A stretch of DNA of 64,000 nt. Source: Lama guanicoe (Eukaryota). The stretch is from assembly GCA_013239625.1 (NCBI GenBank), contig MU057069.1, positions 1,546,018-1,610,017 on the forward strand, read 5' to 3'. Below the pieces are notes generated by a model. The model was not told the origin of the DNA. It saw only the letters and a program-made list of their open reading frames with translations, and did no database searches. Position 1 is the stretch's first letter. The number at the start of each line of letters is the position of its first letter. The translations under genes and the position numbers were made by a program. Of the stretch, positions 52,691 to 63,519 are shown piece after piece.

Positions 52691-54946
52691 GAAAGGGCAG
52701 TAGATATTGTCAGAGAAACAGATCTGGGCTTCATGGACCAGGCTGTGTAGGGGAGGTGGTGAGCTCCCTGTCCCAGGAGGCATGCAAGCAGAGTTTGTTG
52801 GGGTTTGAGGCCTCATGAAGGTTGGATGGGCTGTAGGCTTCTCTGATGGTCAGAGCTGGGCTCCTGCAGGTTCCTGGTGTGGGGCTCTCCCAGGATTTCC
52901 ATCAGGGCCTTACAGAATAAACAGGCCAGAGAATAAAAGGTGCCCCACATCTGCCTTCGGAGGGAGGTTTGAAGGCAGAGCCAGGGAAGGCAGGAGGAGG
53001 TTTCAGGTTTCCTGTCAGGGTCCTGATAGAATCAGGGCAGGAGAGGAAAAGAAGGAAGACAGGCTGAGGAGGGGCAGGGAAGGTGAGAGATGGGATGGGA
53101 GGCCAGGGGGCCCACTGAGGCCGAGCCTGCACCTCTGTTCTTCCATGTGTTCACAGCATGCACACAGGAGCCACCTGGCCTTCTGAGTCTCCCTTGTGCG
53201 GGAAGCTGAGAGAATGGGCCACACTTTGGGAGCCCCAGCTAGCCTTTCAGACCCACTGTCTTGGCTCTCAGGGACTGGGGTGAGGCAGGAGGGGAGCATC
53301 CTTAAATTGTGCACTCTGGGCACCTCTCTCACCTCCTAAAATGCCGCACTCCAAGGCCAGGGGTGAAGGCTCAGAGAACGGGAGTGACCTGCCTGGCATT
53401 ACACAGCAAGTGGTGGTGGAGGGAAGGCCATCCCCTTGGCTGTGGGGCTGGCTCTCCACTGGCCACCCCAACTCTTAGCCCTGGCACCCAGCTTCTGCAG
53501 AAATTGGTGGGCAGATCTGGCTCCAGGGGAGAGTGACATGGGGGCCGGTCAGGAATGTCAGGATGTGGCTGGTCCCTCCACATGCCACCAGGTACCTCTT
53601 ACCTGCTGTTTCTTAGCTTAGGTTGTGTCTCTCAGGCCAGCCCTCCTCTGGAAGCCTTTTCTGACCCCCTGCCTGCTCAGTCTGGGTAGGATGGGGCAGA
53701 GCACAGTGATGTGAGAAATGAGAAACAAAAGAGCAAGAGAGGAGAGAAGGGCAGAGAAGGATGGGTGGGGAGGGGGCAGCCAGCCCTGGGCCCTGCCCTG
53801 CAGTCTCAGGCGGGATCTGACCTGCTGTGTTCTGGCTCAAACACTGGGGTCACAGTGAGGAGGGGACATTGCCATGAGGTTTGAATTCGGGCCTCAGTGT
53901 CTTCCAGTCTCAAGTTACACAGATGAGGTCAAGGCCTTTCCAACAGCAATGCCGTGTTTGTTTTTTGGGGGTGAGGGAGGGCGTGAGCACCCCTGGCTGA
54001 GGAGAGGGAGGTGTAGGGTATCAGGGGAGAGGTCTGTTGCCCTTGGCACCCCTGCAAGGCCACAGAAGGACTCAGGCAAAGGGGGAGTGGGTGTCAGGGG
54101 AAGAGGAGGTTGGTCACTGTCCAGCCTCCTGGAGAAGGAGAGCCACCGGGGCGGGCCGGGTCTCCAGCTCCCCCAAACCACCTGCTCAGTTGGCCACCAA
54201 GGCTGCAGGAGACCAGGAGAGGGAGGCTGGCCTGGGTCTGGGAGTTTGCTTGAGCACAGAAGCCCAAGTTGGTAACCTGGGCTGCTGGCTAAGCTCTGTT
54301 CATCTGTGTCTGGGTGTTCAACTTTAACCTTACACAGAAGGGGAGATAAGCCCAGGTACCCCTTCAAAGACCCCCGGAGCCTGTCACCCCAGGGCTTCCT
54401 CAGCTTCTGTCCCAGGAATTGGGTTCCCTCTTGGCCTCCCCCTACCCTCCTCTACAGTGAGAATGTGAGCCAGACCCCCCATGCCAGACCCAGCCCCCTC
54501 TGCAAAGGGACACCTGTGTGGAGTCAGCTCTTGTTGTTACTGTCTGGTTGTGCACTTCGGGGTAGGGGTTTCCCTACCTCACTCTGGCACTTACGTGCTT
54601 ACCCGGCTGGCCAGGTCCATGGGGTGGGGCGAGGCCCCATGCCAGGCTGCCCCAGGAGGGGACGGTCCCCACACCCACAGCCAGGCAGCCCCGAGCTTAA
54701 TGAAGCGCCTGCTGGCACTGAGCGCCGCACTCATTATCCCGTTTTCTTGTCCCCGTGGATGCCAGGGACATGTGCTTGTCCCATTTTCCGGGGGCGAACT
54801 GGGGCTTAGCGCGGTTGAGCCCCGCTCAGGGTGTCAGCGAGCCATTGATTTCGCTGCGGAGTGCTGGGGCGGCCCGGCCCGGCCCCACGCCCGCTCCGCC
54901 GCACCTCTCGGAGGTGCTAACGGAGGTGGGGGAAGCTGGGGGAACG

Positions 54947-55013
54947 TGACCGCCAGTAACCCCGGCGGACGTCGGCGCGGAGCGGGTTAAGGACTGGCGT
55001 CCGCTAGTAACCC
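54947..55013 (-). promoter_or_regulatory. SREBF1: SREBP-1c promoter LXRE1 and LXRE2 (DR4)
   Basis: TGACCG ccag TAACCC 54947-62 and CGTCCG ctag TAACCC 54998-55013, matching the known paired LXREs. Confidence 0.9.
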
Positions 55014-55058
55014 CGGTCCGATTCCGCGTCGCGGGCGCAACCCGAGCCTCTCGCCGTG

Positions 55059-55218
55059 GGGGCGGGGCGGGGCCGAGGCGGGGCCCCAGGAGGAGGTGGC
55101 GCGGCGCTGATTGGCCGCGCGCGCTCACCCCATGCCCGGACCGCGGCCCCTGGAGGGCGTGGCTGGCCGGCGGGGCGGGGCTGGCGGCGGGCGCTCCGGG
55201 CGCTCCGCGGCTTTAAAG
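55059..55218 (+). promoter_or_regulatory. SREBF1: SREBP-1c proximal promoter: Sp1 boxes, NF-Y, SRE, TATA-like element
   Basis: GGGGCGGGGCGGGG at about 55060, ATTGG 55110-14, CTCACCCCAT 55124-33, GGGGCGGGG at about 55172, CTTTAAAG 55211-18. Confidence 0.88.
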
Positions 55219-55303
55219 CGCGGCGGGACGGGCAGGTGAAGTCCGCGCGCGGAGACCAGCCGCCTGGGCGCCCCGAGGGGCGCGGGCCGCGGGCCGCGGA
55301 GCC

Positions 55304-55322
55304 ATGGATTGCACATTCGAAG
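55304..55322 (+). CDS. SREBF1: SREBF1 exon 1c coding part: MDCTFE(D)
   Basis: gccATGG; GAAG|gtattt; diagnostic SREBP-1c N-terminus. Confidence 0.95.
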
Positions 55323-56702
55323 GTATTTTTTTGGAGGATCCCCTTTATCACAGAGCTTCCATCTCCGCCGCGGGGTCCCCATCCCCTGTGCCCCTGGGAA
55401 CTCCAAAAAGGAACGGGCCAGTTCCTGAGGGAAGGTGTAACCGCTCCTGGCTCTCAGGGGAGCTGGCGGACCCCTCCCCAGCCTCAGTAGTTACCCCTAC
55501 CTTAACCTCCAGAGTGACGGGGTGGCTTCCCCACATCCTCTGCTCCGCAGGGAAGAGGGCCAGTTGTCCTCTGTCTCCTGGGGCCCCCTTCTGGAGGCGC
55601 ATCCTGGGCTTACCAGACAGACAGCGGGAACCCTGGGTTCCGCCAGTTCTTCTTTCGGAGCCTCAGTCTCTCCATGTGTCAGGGGGGCTCATGAAAACTG
55701 AGCTGAGGGAGGTCCTGCAAGTGGAAATCCTCTATGCCTGTGCTCCCTGCGTGAACCTGGAGGGCCCGCGAAGGGTTTCTATTCAAGGACCCAGCAGGGC
55801 TGAGCCTGGTTCCCCGATCTCATGCTGTTGGGGGCCACAGGAAGGACCCCTCCAGGAACTTTCCTGCCTGGGCACCTGTCAGTGGGAAGGAATCAAGCAA
55901 TGCTGAGTCCCCTGTCCGTGCCACTGCCTGCCCAGCAGCCCTGCCAAGAAGGGTCTAACCTTTTTTGTTGTACAGATGAGGAAACTGAGGACCAGTGAGA
56001 GGGAGCTCCTCATGGCGGGGTGGGCAGAGCCAGAAGCTCAGGCTGGGTCCCGCAGGTTTGCTTACCGGTCCTGCAGGGCACTTTGACCCAGTGAGTGGCT
56101 CCCTCAGTGGGTTAGAGGGCCCCAGGCTGACCCAGTCAGGCTGTGAGTCGCCAGCTGGGGGAGAGGGCCTGTGGCCAGCCTGGGGCTGCAGCAGGGAGCT
56201 TGTCCCAGTCTGTACGAGGAGCAGAGAGTCAGGACAGACAGCATTTGCTTTTGTAGAGAGGAAACCGAAGCCTGAATGGCCGGTCCCGAGGCCACTTGGC
56301 TGCAGACAGGATCTGGGCTTGTGCCCAGAACACACAGGGACACACTGCGTGGCACACATGTGGCCAGCGCCTGGCAGTGCCCCAAGCCTCGGTCTATTCC
56401 ACAGAGAAATGGGTTGGCGAAGGCAGTTGCCGAGTCGGCAGTGGTGGGTCCGGGCCCCAGCTCTGCCTTAGCCTCAGCAATGGGCAAATTGGTAGGCCTC
56501 AGGGGGCCTCCCCTGCCTGGAGCTGACCTTGTCCAGTGCTGCAAGGCTGTCTGAGGCACCAGGCAATGCTCCGGGTGTCACAAGTGCCCAAGCTTGGGCT
56601 CATGATGTTGCTCCCACATGTATCCCTGGGTGGTTGGGGCGAGGGTGGGGTGCAGCTGGGCCACCCTCTTGGCCTCTGCTCACCCAGCTTCTCTCTCCAC
56701 AG

Positions 56703-57134
56703 ACATGCTCCAGCTCATCAACAACCAGGACAGCGACTTCCCAGGCCTGTTCGACCCCCCCTATGCTGGAGGCGGCACAGGGGGCACAGACTCCGCCAGT
56801 CCCGACTCCAGCTCCCTGGGCAGCCTGTCCCCACCTCCTTCCACCATGAGCTCCCCTCTTGAAGGCTTCCTGGTGGGGGCCCAGGCCACACCCCCGCCCT
56901 TGTCCCCTCCCCAGCCTGCACCCGCCCCACTGAAGATGTACCCATCCGGGCCTGCCTTCTCCCCTGGGCCTGGGGTCAAGGAGGAGCCACTACCACTGAG
57001 CATCCTGCAGGCCTCCGCCCCACAGCCCCTGCCCGCGGCCCTCCTGCCCCAGAGCCTTCCAGCCCCAGCCCCACCGCAGTTCAGCTCTGCCCCTGTGCTG
57101 GGCTATCCCAGCCCTCCTGGAGGCTTCTCCACAG
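56703..57134 (+). CDS. SREBF1: SREBF1 exon 2: [18 protein letters not shown]...PPGGFST
   Basis: cacag|AC ... ACAG|gtaagg; 432 nt. Confidence 0.97.
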
Positions 57135-57493
57135 GTAAGGGGGCATGTGGAGGGAGGGGGGCAGCAGGAGCCAGGGAGAAGGGTCTGTGGTGGTCAGTAG
57201 AGGAGCGTGCGGGCCTTAGAACCGGGTCTCTGCCCTGCTGTCTGAGGCGCCCTACTAGGAGTGTGTGCCAGTGCCCGAGTTGCTGGGTGAAGCACTGCCT
57301 CCCACTCTCCTGGGGTGGCGGGGGTGGCTTACACACTTGCATCAGAGCCCCAGGCAGGGGCTGTCCAGATGGGAACCGGAGGCCACAGAGGGCAGTGACT
57401 CACCCAAGGTCCCATGGTGGTAAGGACCCAAGGGGCGGGTTAAAAGCAGGTTAGGGTGGCCGATGTCCGCAGCCCCAGCCTTTACCTCTGCAG

Positions 57494-57681
57494 GGACCCC
57501 TCCAGGGAATACCTCGCAGCCGCTGCCTGGTCCACCGCTGGCTCCCCTTCCGGCGGTCCCGCCTGTCTCCTTGCATACCCAGGTCCAGAGTGCGGCCCCC
57601 CAGCAGATGTTGACAGCCACAGCCACGCCCATGGCGGCTCCAGGAACCACCACGGTGACCTCACAGATCCAGCAGGTCCCG
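57494..57681 (+). CDS. SREBF1: SREBF1 exon 3: GTPPGNTSQ...SQIQQVP
   Basis: tgcag|GG ... CCG|gtgagg; 188 nt. Confidence 0.95.
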
Positions 57682-57766
57682 GTGAGGGGGTCTAGCCAGG
57701 CATCAGGGAGGTGGCAGCCCTGGGCCCAGACCCGAAGCCCACTGCTGAGGCCTCACCCATCCTTAG

Positions 57767-57904
57767 GTCCTGCTGCAGCCTCACTTCATCAAAGCAGACT
57801 CACTGCTCCTGACGACCATGAAAGCAGACGTGGGAGCCTCCGTGAAGGCGGCAGGCATCGGCTCCCTGGCCCCCGGCACAGCCATGCAGGCAGCACCCCT
57901 GCAG
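57767..57904 (+). CDS. SREBF1: SREBF1 exon 4: [16 protein letters not shown]...AAPLQ
   Basis: cttag|GTC ... CAG|gtgggc; 138 nt. Confidence 0.95.
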
Positions 57905-57993
57905 GTGGGCGGCAAGTGGGCGGCCCGGGCAGGGTGGGGGCCTGGGGTCTGCAGGCCTGCATGCCTGCCTGCTAACCGCGTCTGGCCTTGCAG

Positions 57994-58215
57994 ACCCTCG
58001 TGAGCGGTGGAACCATCCTGGCGACAGTGCCGCTGGTAGTGGATACCGACAAGCTGCCCATCAACCGCCTGGCAGCCGGAGGCAAGGCCCAGGGTTTGGC
58101 CCAGAGCCGTGGTGAGAAACGCACAGCGCACAATGCAATTGAGAAGCGCTACCGCTCTTCCATCAACGACAAGATCGCTGAGCTCAAGGACCTGGTGGTG
58201 GGCACAGAGGCCAAG
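57994..58215 (+). CDS. SREBF1: SREBF1 exon 5 (basic region/helix 1): [17 protein letters not shown]...[34 protein letters not shown]
   Basis: tgcag|ACC ... AAG|gtgcgg; 222 nt. Confidence 0.97.
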
Positions 58216-58822
58216 GTGCGGGCGGGGCCCCCCACCTGGCAGCCCTGGAAGGAGGAGAAGGGTGGGCTGAACCAGACAGGCAGGGCCTGCGCCTTCCGAC
58301 TTCTCTGGCCCGGGAGCCCCGTCTGTTCAGCCAGGCTTCGTCAAGGCCCTGTGCACCATGGGCTCTTCTGGGCACTGGGGGTTCAGCGGCAGACACACAG
58401 AAACCCTGCTGTGGCTCCAGGGGGGTGCCAGGGGTGCCAGCAGCCGGGGCGGGTAAACATTAGGGTGTGCCCGCTGGAGGAAGGGAACTGAAGCAGAGTG
58501 AGGGATGGTGAGAGTTGAAAACCTGACTTGGGTGGTCAGGGAAGGCCCCACACGGGTGACATATCACAGGAGGTGAGGTGCGGAGATGGTGGCGAGGAGG
58601 ACAGCAGTTAGCCAGGTGCTGCTGTTTGTGTTTTACCTATTAATCTTCATGCCCTTCCTGGGAGGTAGGTTCCACTAGGGAAGTAACATTCCACGTGGAA
58701 GGAATAGCAGGTGCAAAGGTCCTGAGGCAGCCGTGTTGCAAAACAGCCCTGCCCCTTTTGCTTAGGTGCCCACTTGTCTGCCCTGACTGGCCACCTGTGC
58801 TGTCTCCTTTCTCCTCCTGCAG

Positions 58823-58937
58823 CTGAATAAATCTGCTGTCTTGCGCAAGGCCATCGACTACATCCGCTTCCTGCAGCAGAGCAACCAGAAACTCAAGCAG
58901 GAGAACCTGAGTCTGCGCACTGCTGCCCACAAAAGCA
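58823..58937 (+). CDS. SREBF1: SREBF1 exon 6 (helix 2/zipper): [38 protein letters not shown]
   Basis: tgcag|CTG ... AGCA|gtgagt; 115 nt. Confidence 0.97.
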
Positions 58938-59162
58938 GTGAGTCCCAGCTTCCTTGCTCCCTTGGCTCTGGTCCTGCCTCCGGCCCTGTCCCATCCCTGG
59001 TCTCACCTTAACCTCTGACCCTACGAGGGCCTTTCACCCCTTCTTTGGCCTTCAACTGGCCTTCAGGAGCTAGGCCAACTCCCAACTGCCCCCAGGCCCT
59101 GAGCTCTGATTTGGGGTGTGCTAGAGCATGTAGCTTTTAGCCTGCTCCTTTCTGGTCTACAG

Positions 59163-59383
59163 AATCTCTGAAGGACCTGGTGTCGGCATGTGGCAGTGGA
59201 GGACACGCAGACGTGCCCATGGAGGGCATGAAGCCAGAGGTGGTGGACACTCTGAGCCCACCACCCTCAGACGCCGGCTCACCTTCCCAGAGCAGCCCCG
59301 TGTCCCTTGGCAGCAGGGGCAGTAGCAGTGGTGGCAGTAGCAGTGACTCAGAGCCTGACAGCCCAGTCATTGAGGACAGCCAG
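59163..59383 (+). CDS. SREBF1: SREBF1 exon 7: [13 protein letters not shown]...[11 protein letters not shown]...[13 protein letters not shown]
   Basis: tacag|AA ... CAG|gttggg; 221 nt. Confidence 0.95.
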
Positions 59384-59615
59384 GTTGGGTCCCACAGTGT
59401 TGCCCCCTTCCTGTCACCCCTCGATATCCTCTGGGCCCCAGGACTGGATCAGGCTCCTGACACGTCCCACCTCCCAGTTTATAGACAGAGAAACTGAGGC
59501 CTGGAGCCGTGTGGGGTCCCACAGTAAGGCCAGGTGAAGCGTGATCCCTCCTTCCCTGAGCCGAGCTCTCTGGGCCACTCCAGCCCCGGTCTCACTGCTC
59601 TGCCCACCTCAGCAG

Positions 59616-59817
59616 GTGAAGCCTGAGCAGCCGCCGTCCCCATACAGCCAGGGCATGCTGGACCGCTCCCGCCTGGCCCTGTGTGCCCTCGTCTTCCTCT
59701 GTCTCTCCTGCAACCCCTTGGCCTCCCTGCTGAGCAGCCGGGGACCCCCCGGCCCCTCCGATGCCGCCAGCATCTCCCATGGTCCGAGGCGCAGCACGCT
59801 GGGCGCCGAGGGCAGAG
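59616..59817 (+). CDS. SREBF1: SREBF1 exon 8 (DRSR, TM1, lumenal S1P site)
   Basis: cagcag|GTG ... AGAG|gtagga; 202 nt; [22 protein letters not shown]. Confidence 0.96.
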
Positions 59818-59947
59818 GTAGGACAAGCCAGCTGGGGCGTCGCTGGGAGAAAGGTGGGAAGGGGTCTCGGGATGCAGACCCTAGGCCTGTGGGCTCAGGA
59901 CTCTGGGGTTGCTGGGAGCCATGTCTGCAGCCCCTGTCTGCCCCCAG

Positions 59948-60126
59948 ATGGCCCTGGCTGGGCCCTGTGGCTGCTGCCCCCGCTGGTTTGGCTGGTGAAC
60001 GGGCTGCTGGTGGTGCTCTCCTTGGCACTTCTCTTTGTCTATGGAGAGCCAGTCACGCGGCCCCACTCAGGCCCCTCTGTGCGCTTCTGGAGACACCGCA
60101 AGCAGGCAGACCTGGACCTGGCCCGG
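59948..60126 (+). CDS. SREBF1: SREBF1 exon 9 (TM2): [18 protein letters not shown]...[14 protein letters not shown]
   Basis: cccag|AT ... CGG|gtaagg; 179 nt. Confidence 0.96.
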
Positions 60127-60394
60127 GTAAGGGGCTGCGCCCAGGGGTGGGGGTGGGCGGGGCAGGGACCCCAGGCCGTGTGTCGGGGGGTGCTGGGCCC
60201 AGCATGCATCTGCCCCGTCCACCCATTCTAGTCTACTTCTCTGACCCCCACTGACCCCTGGGGCCCAGCTCACGCTTCCGGGGACACTGGTGTCACAGGG
60301 AGAGCCCCAGGTGGAGTGCTCTTCAGGGCTGGAGGGGTGGCATGTGTGGAGGGGCTCCGGCGCCACCTTTCTAACCCAAGAACCTCATCCCCAG

Positions 60395-60656
60395 GGGGAC
60401 TTTGCCCAGGCTGCCCAGCAGCTGTGGCTGGCCCTGCGGGCTCTCGGCCGGCCCCTGCCCACCTCCCACCTGGACCTGGCCTGCAGCCTGCTCTGGAGCC
60501 TCGTTCGCCACCTGCTGCAGCGTCTCTGGGTGGGCCGCTGGCTGGCCAGCCGGGCCGGGGGCCTGTGGAGAGATGGGGCTCTGCAGGCGGATGCCCGTGC
60601 CAGCGCCCGCGACGCCGCCTTGGTCTACCACAAGCTGCACCAGCTGCACGCCGTGG
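60395..60656 (+). CDS. SREBF1: SREBF1 exon 10: [11 protein letters not shown]...[12 protein letters not shown]
   Basis: cccag|GGG ... GTGG|gtacgc; 262 nt. Confidence 0.96.
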
Positions 60657-60668
60657 GTACGCGGGTGA

Positions 60669-60908
<240 letters not shown>

Positions 60909-61050
60909 TGATGGGTTGGCAGGGACAGGGCCGATGGCTCTCTAGCGAAGAGCTGCTGGGAGAAGCAGTTGGTCCGAGGGAGGGCTGCCCTCCGGCGGGG
61001 GTCTCAGCCCAGGGTTGGTCCTGGTGTGACAGCCCACCCCTCCCCCACAG

Positions 61051-61219
61051 CGCCTCTTCCTGAGGAGTGCCCGCCAGGCCTGCCTGGCACAGAGGGGCTC
61101 GGTGCCGCTTGCCATGCAGTGGCTCTGCCACCCCGTGGGCCACCGTTTCTTCGTGGACGGGGACTGGGCCATGTGCATTGCCCCACGGGACAGCCTGTAC
61201 AGCGTGGCCGGGAACCCAG
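61051..61219 (+). CDS. SREBF1: SREBF1 exon 12: [39 protein letters not shown]...VAGNP
   Basis: cacag|CGC ... CCAG|gtgcct; 169 nt. Confidence 0.95.
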
Positions 61220-61673
61220 GTGCCTTCTCCCCCTCTGCCCCCCTTCCCCTTTCCCTGGCCCCATCCTTCCTCCCCCAGTCCCATTCCTCATGCTCATTCC
61301 TGTCCAGTCCCTGGTCCCCTGCCCCTGCCCACCCTGTCTGTAGCTCTGCCATCTGCTGTTGCCACGGGGGCTGTAGGGATGGGGAGGCCTTCCTGGCTCT
61401 GTCTCAGCTGGGGCTCTTCAGAGGCAAACAGGAAGACAGGGATTTGGGAGCAGGTGGTTGGTCTGGGAGGTGCTCCCGGGCAACATAGCTGTGCAGTGAC
61501 GGGGTCAGGGAAGGGTGTGTGTCCAAGACAAGCTATCCTGTCCGAGGGCAGGGATGGAGTATTAATCCACCAGCTTTCATCTATCTCAGAGCCAAGCCCA
61601 CCCATGCCCAGGAAAGGGCCCAGGAGGGGTAGGGCCCCTTCCCACTGCCCCACTCACCCACTCCTCCCCACAG

Positions 61674-61782
61674 TGGACCCCCTGGCCCAGGTGACTCAGC
61701 TATTTCGTGAACATCTCTTGGAACGAGCACTGAATTGTGTGGCCCAGCCCAGCCCTGGCCCTGGATCGGCTGATGGGGACAG
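61674..61782 (+). CDS. SREBF1: SREBF1 exon 13: [26 protein letters not shown]...DGDR
   Basis: cacag|TG ... ACAG|gtgagc; 109 nt. Confidence 0.95.
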
Positions 61783-62064
61783 GTGAGCGGCCCTGTGTGC
61801 CTCACTAGGCCAGAGGCCCTGACCCTGGCGTCGGGGAAAGGCTCTGTCAGGCACCCGTGTAGGTGGCCAGAGCTGGGCTGCTGTCCACTCACTGTGTGGC
61901 CTCAGGTGCACCCCAGTTCCTCTCTGGGTCTCAGCTTCCCCCTTGGCCCAGCAGCAGGAGACAGCAGCACTTTCTGGAGCCAGGAAGTCAGGTTGTGCTG
62001 TGGGGGTAGGTGAGGAGGGCCAGTGCCCCTTCAGGACACTGCCACCTGTCCTCTCCTGCCACAG

Positions 62065-62177
62065 GGAGTTCTCAGATGCCCTCGGGTATCTGCAGCTGTT
62101 GAACAGCTGCTCCGATGCAGCTGAGGCCCCTTCCTGCAGCTTCTCCGTCAGCTCCAGCATGCCCGCCACCACCACCG
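62065..62177 (+). CDS. SREBF1: SREBF1 exon 14: [19 protein letters not shown]...MPATTT
   Basis: cacag|G ... ACCG|gtgagc; 113 nt. Confidence 0.95.
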
Positions 62178-62276
62178 GTGAGCCCCCAGCACCCCCAGCC
62201 CCAGCTCCACAGCCGCTTGGCCTCGGGTGCTCTGTGGCCGAGTCTCAGGGACCCCTCCCACCCCCTGTCCCTGCAG

Positions 62277-62409
62277 GCACAGACCCAGTGGCCAAGTGGT
62301 GGGCCTCACTGACAGCTGTGGTGACCCACTGGCTGCGGCGGGATGCAGAGGCGGCCGAGCGGCTGTACCCGCTGGTGGAGCACCTGCCCCGCGCCCTGCA
62401 GGAGTCCGA
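62277..62409 (+). CDS. SREBF1: SREBF1 exon 15: [22 protein letters not shown]...LQES
   Basis: tgcag|GC ... CCGA|gtgagt; 133 nt. Confidence 0.95.
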
Positions 62410-62556
62410 GTGAGTGTGCCGCCCCTGCCAGTCTTTGTTGGGTGTGGTTGGGGTCCCCGCCATTTTCTTCCCACGAAGCCACAACGAGGACAAAGGCAGC
62501 TTAGTGAGGGCTGGAGACCTGGTCTGACCACCACACCTCTGCCTTGGCCCCAACAG

Positions 62557-62722
62557 GAGACCCCTGCCCAGGGCGGCTCTGCATTCCTTCAAGGCTGCCC
62601 GGGCCCTCCTGGGCCGCGGGAAGGTGGAGTCTGGCCCAGCCAGCCTGGCCATGTGTGAGAAGGCCAGTGGCTACCTGCAGGACAGCCTGGCTGCCACACC
62701 AGCCGGCAGCTCCATTGACAAG
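62557..62722 (+). CDS. SREBF1: SREBF1 exon 16: [15 protein letters not shown]...[12 protein letters not shown]...SSIDK
   Basis: aacag|G ... AAG|gtgagg; 166 nt. Confidence 0.95.
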
Positions 62723-62949
62723 GTGAGGGGTGGGGCTGGGGGCCTGGCTGGTCGTTCCCCTTGGGCTGCAGACTGCAGGGTCAGCCCAACAGCACAGAAT
62801 GGGGAACCCAGCTGACCTCGCTTGCTGGCTAAGGTTCGAGCCCAGGGGGGAGCAGGTGCCCCTACCCTGGTGGGGTCGGGATGAGCGCAGTGGCAGGGCC
62901 CTCCTTGGAGGCTGCTCCCTAGGCAGGTGGGGGCGTGGGGGCCTGGAGA

Positions 62950-63043
62950 GCGGGCGGCCCCGCGGTGCATTGCTGTTGCATTGCACGTGTGAGGCGGGTG
63001 CAGTGCCTCGGCAGTGCAGCCCGGGGCCGGCCCCTGGCACCGC
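62950..63043 (+). ncRNA. MIR33B: pre-miR-33b (5p 62965-62984; 3p 63001-63022) in SREBF1 intron 16
   Basis: GTGCATTGCTGTTGCATTGC and CAGTGCCTCGGCAGTGCAGCCC arms form a hairpin at the known intronic position. Confidence 0.97.
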
Positions 63044-63111
63044 GGGCCCCCACTCTTCCCTCCCTGAGCTGGAGCCCCTGACCCCTGCCCTGCCCTGCCT
63101 GTCACCCCCAG

Positions 63112-63312
63112 GCCATGCAGCTGCTCCTGTGTGACCTGCTCCTTGTGGCGCGCACCAGCCTGTGGCAGAGGCAGAAGCCACCTACACCTGCCCAGGCCTC
63201 GCAGGGCCCGGGCGGTGGGGCCCAGGCCTCTGCCCTTGAGCTGCATGGCTTCCAGCGGGACCTGAGCAGCCTGAGGCGCCTGGCGCAGAGCTTCCGGCCT
63301 GCCATGCGGAGG
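63112..63312 (+). CDS. SREBF1: SREBF1 exon 17: [18 protein letters not shown]...FRPAMRR
   Basis: cccag|GCC ... AGG|gtgagt; 201 nt. Confidence 0.96.
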
Positions 63313-63407
63313 GTGAGTGCCTGGGCCCCTGGGCTTGCAGTGGGGACTAGAGGCGAGAGGCAGGAGTGGGGGCCTGGCCAGAACCTCACCTGGCTCCTCC
63401 TGCCCAG

Positions 63408-63519
63408 GTGTTCCTACACGAGGCCACGGCCCGACTGATGGCAGGGGCCAGCCCCGCGCGGACACACCAGCTGCTGGACCGCAGTCTGAGGAGGAGGACA
63501 GGCCCCTGCAGCAAAGGAG
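63408..63519 (+). CDS. SREBF1: SREBF1 exon 18: [37 protein letters not shown]
   Basis: cccag|GTG ... GGAG|gtgaga; 112 nt. Confidence 0.96.

Noticed and set aside
55304-55906. 200-aa ORF starting MDCTFE
   Set aside because: Only the first 19 nt are exon 1c; the rest is read-through into the intron.
56076-56089. DR1-like GGGTCAAAGTGCC on the minus strand
   Set aside because: Single imperfect motif without supporting cluster; compatible with chance.
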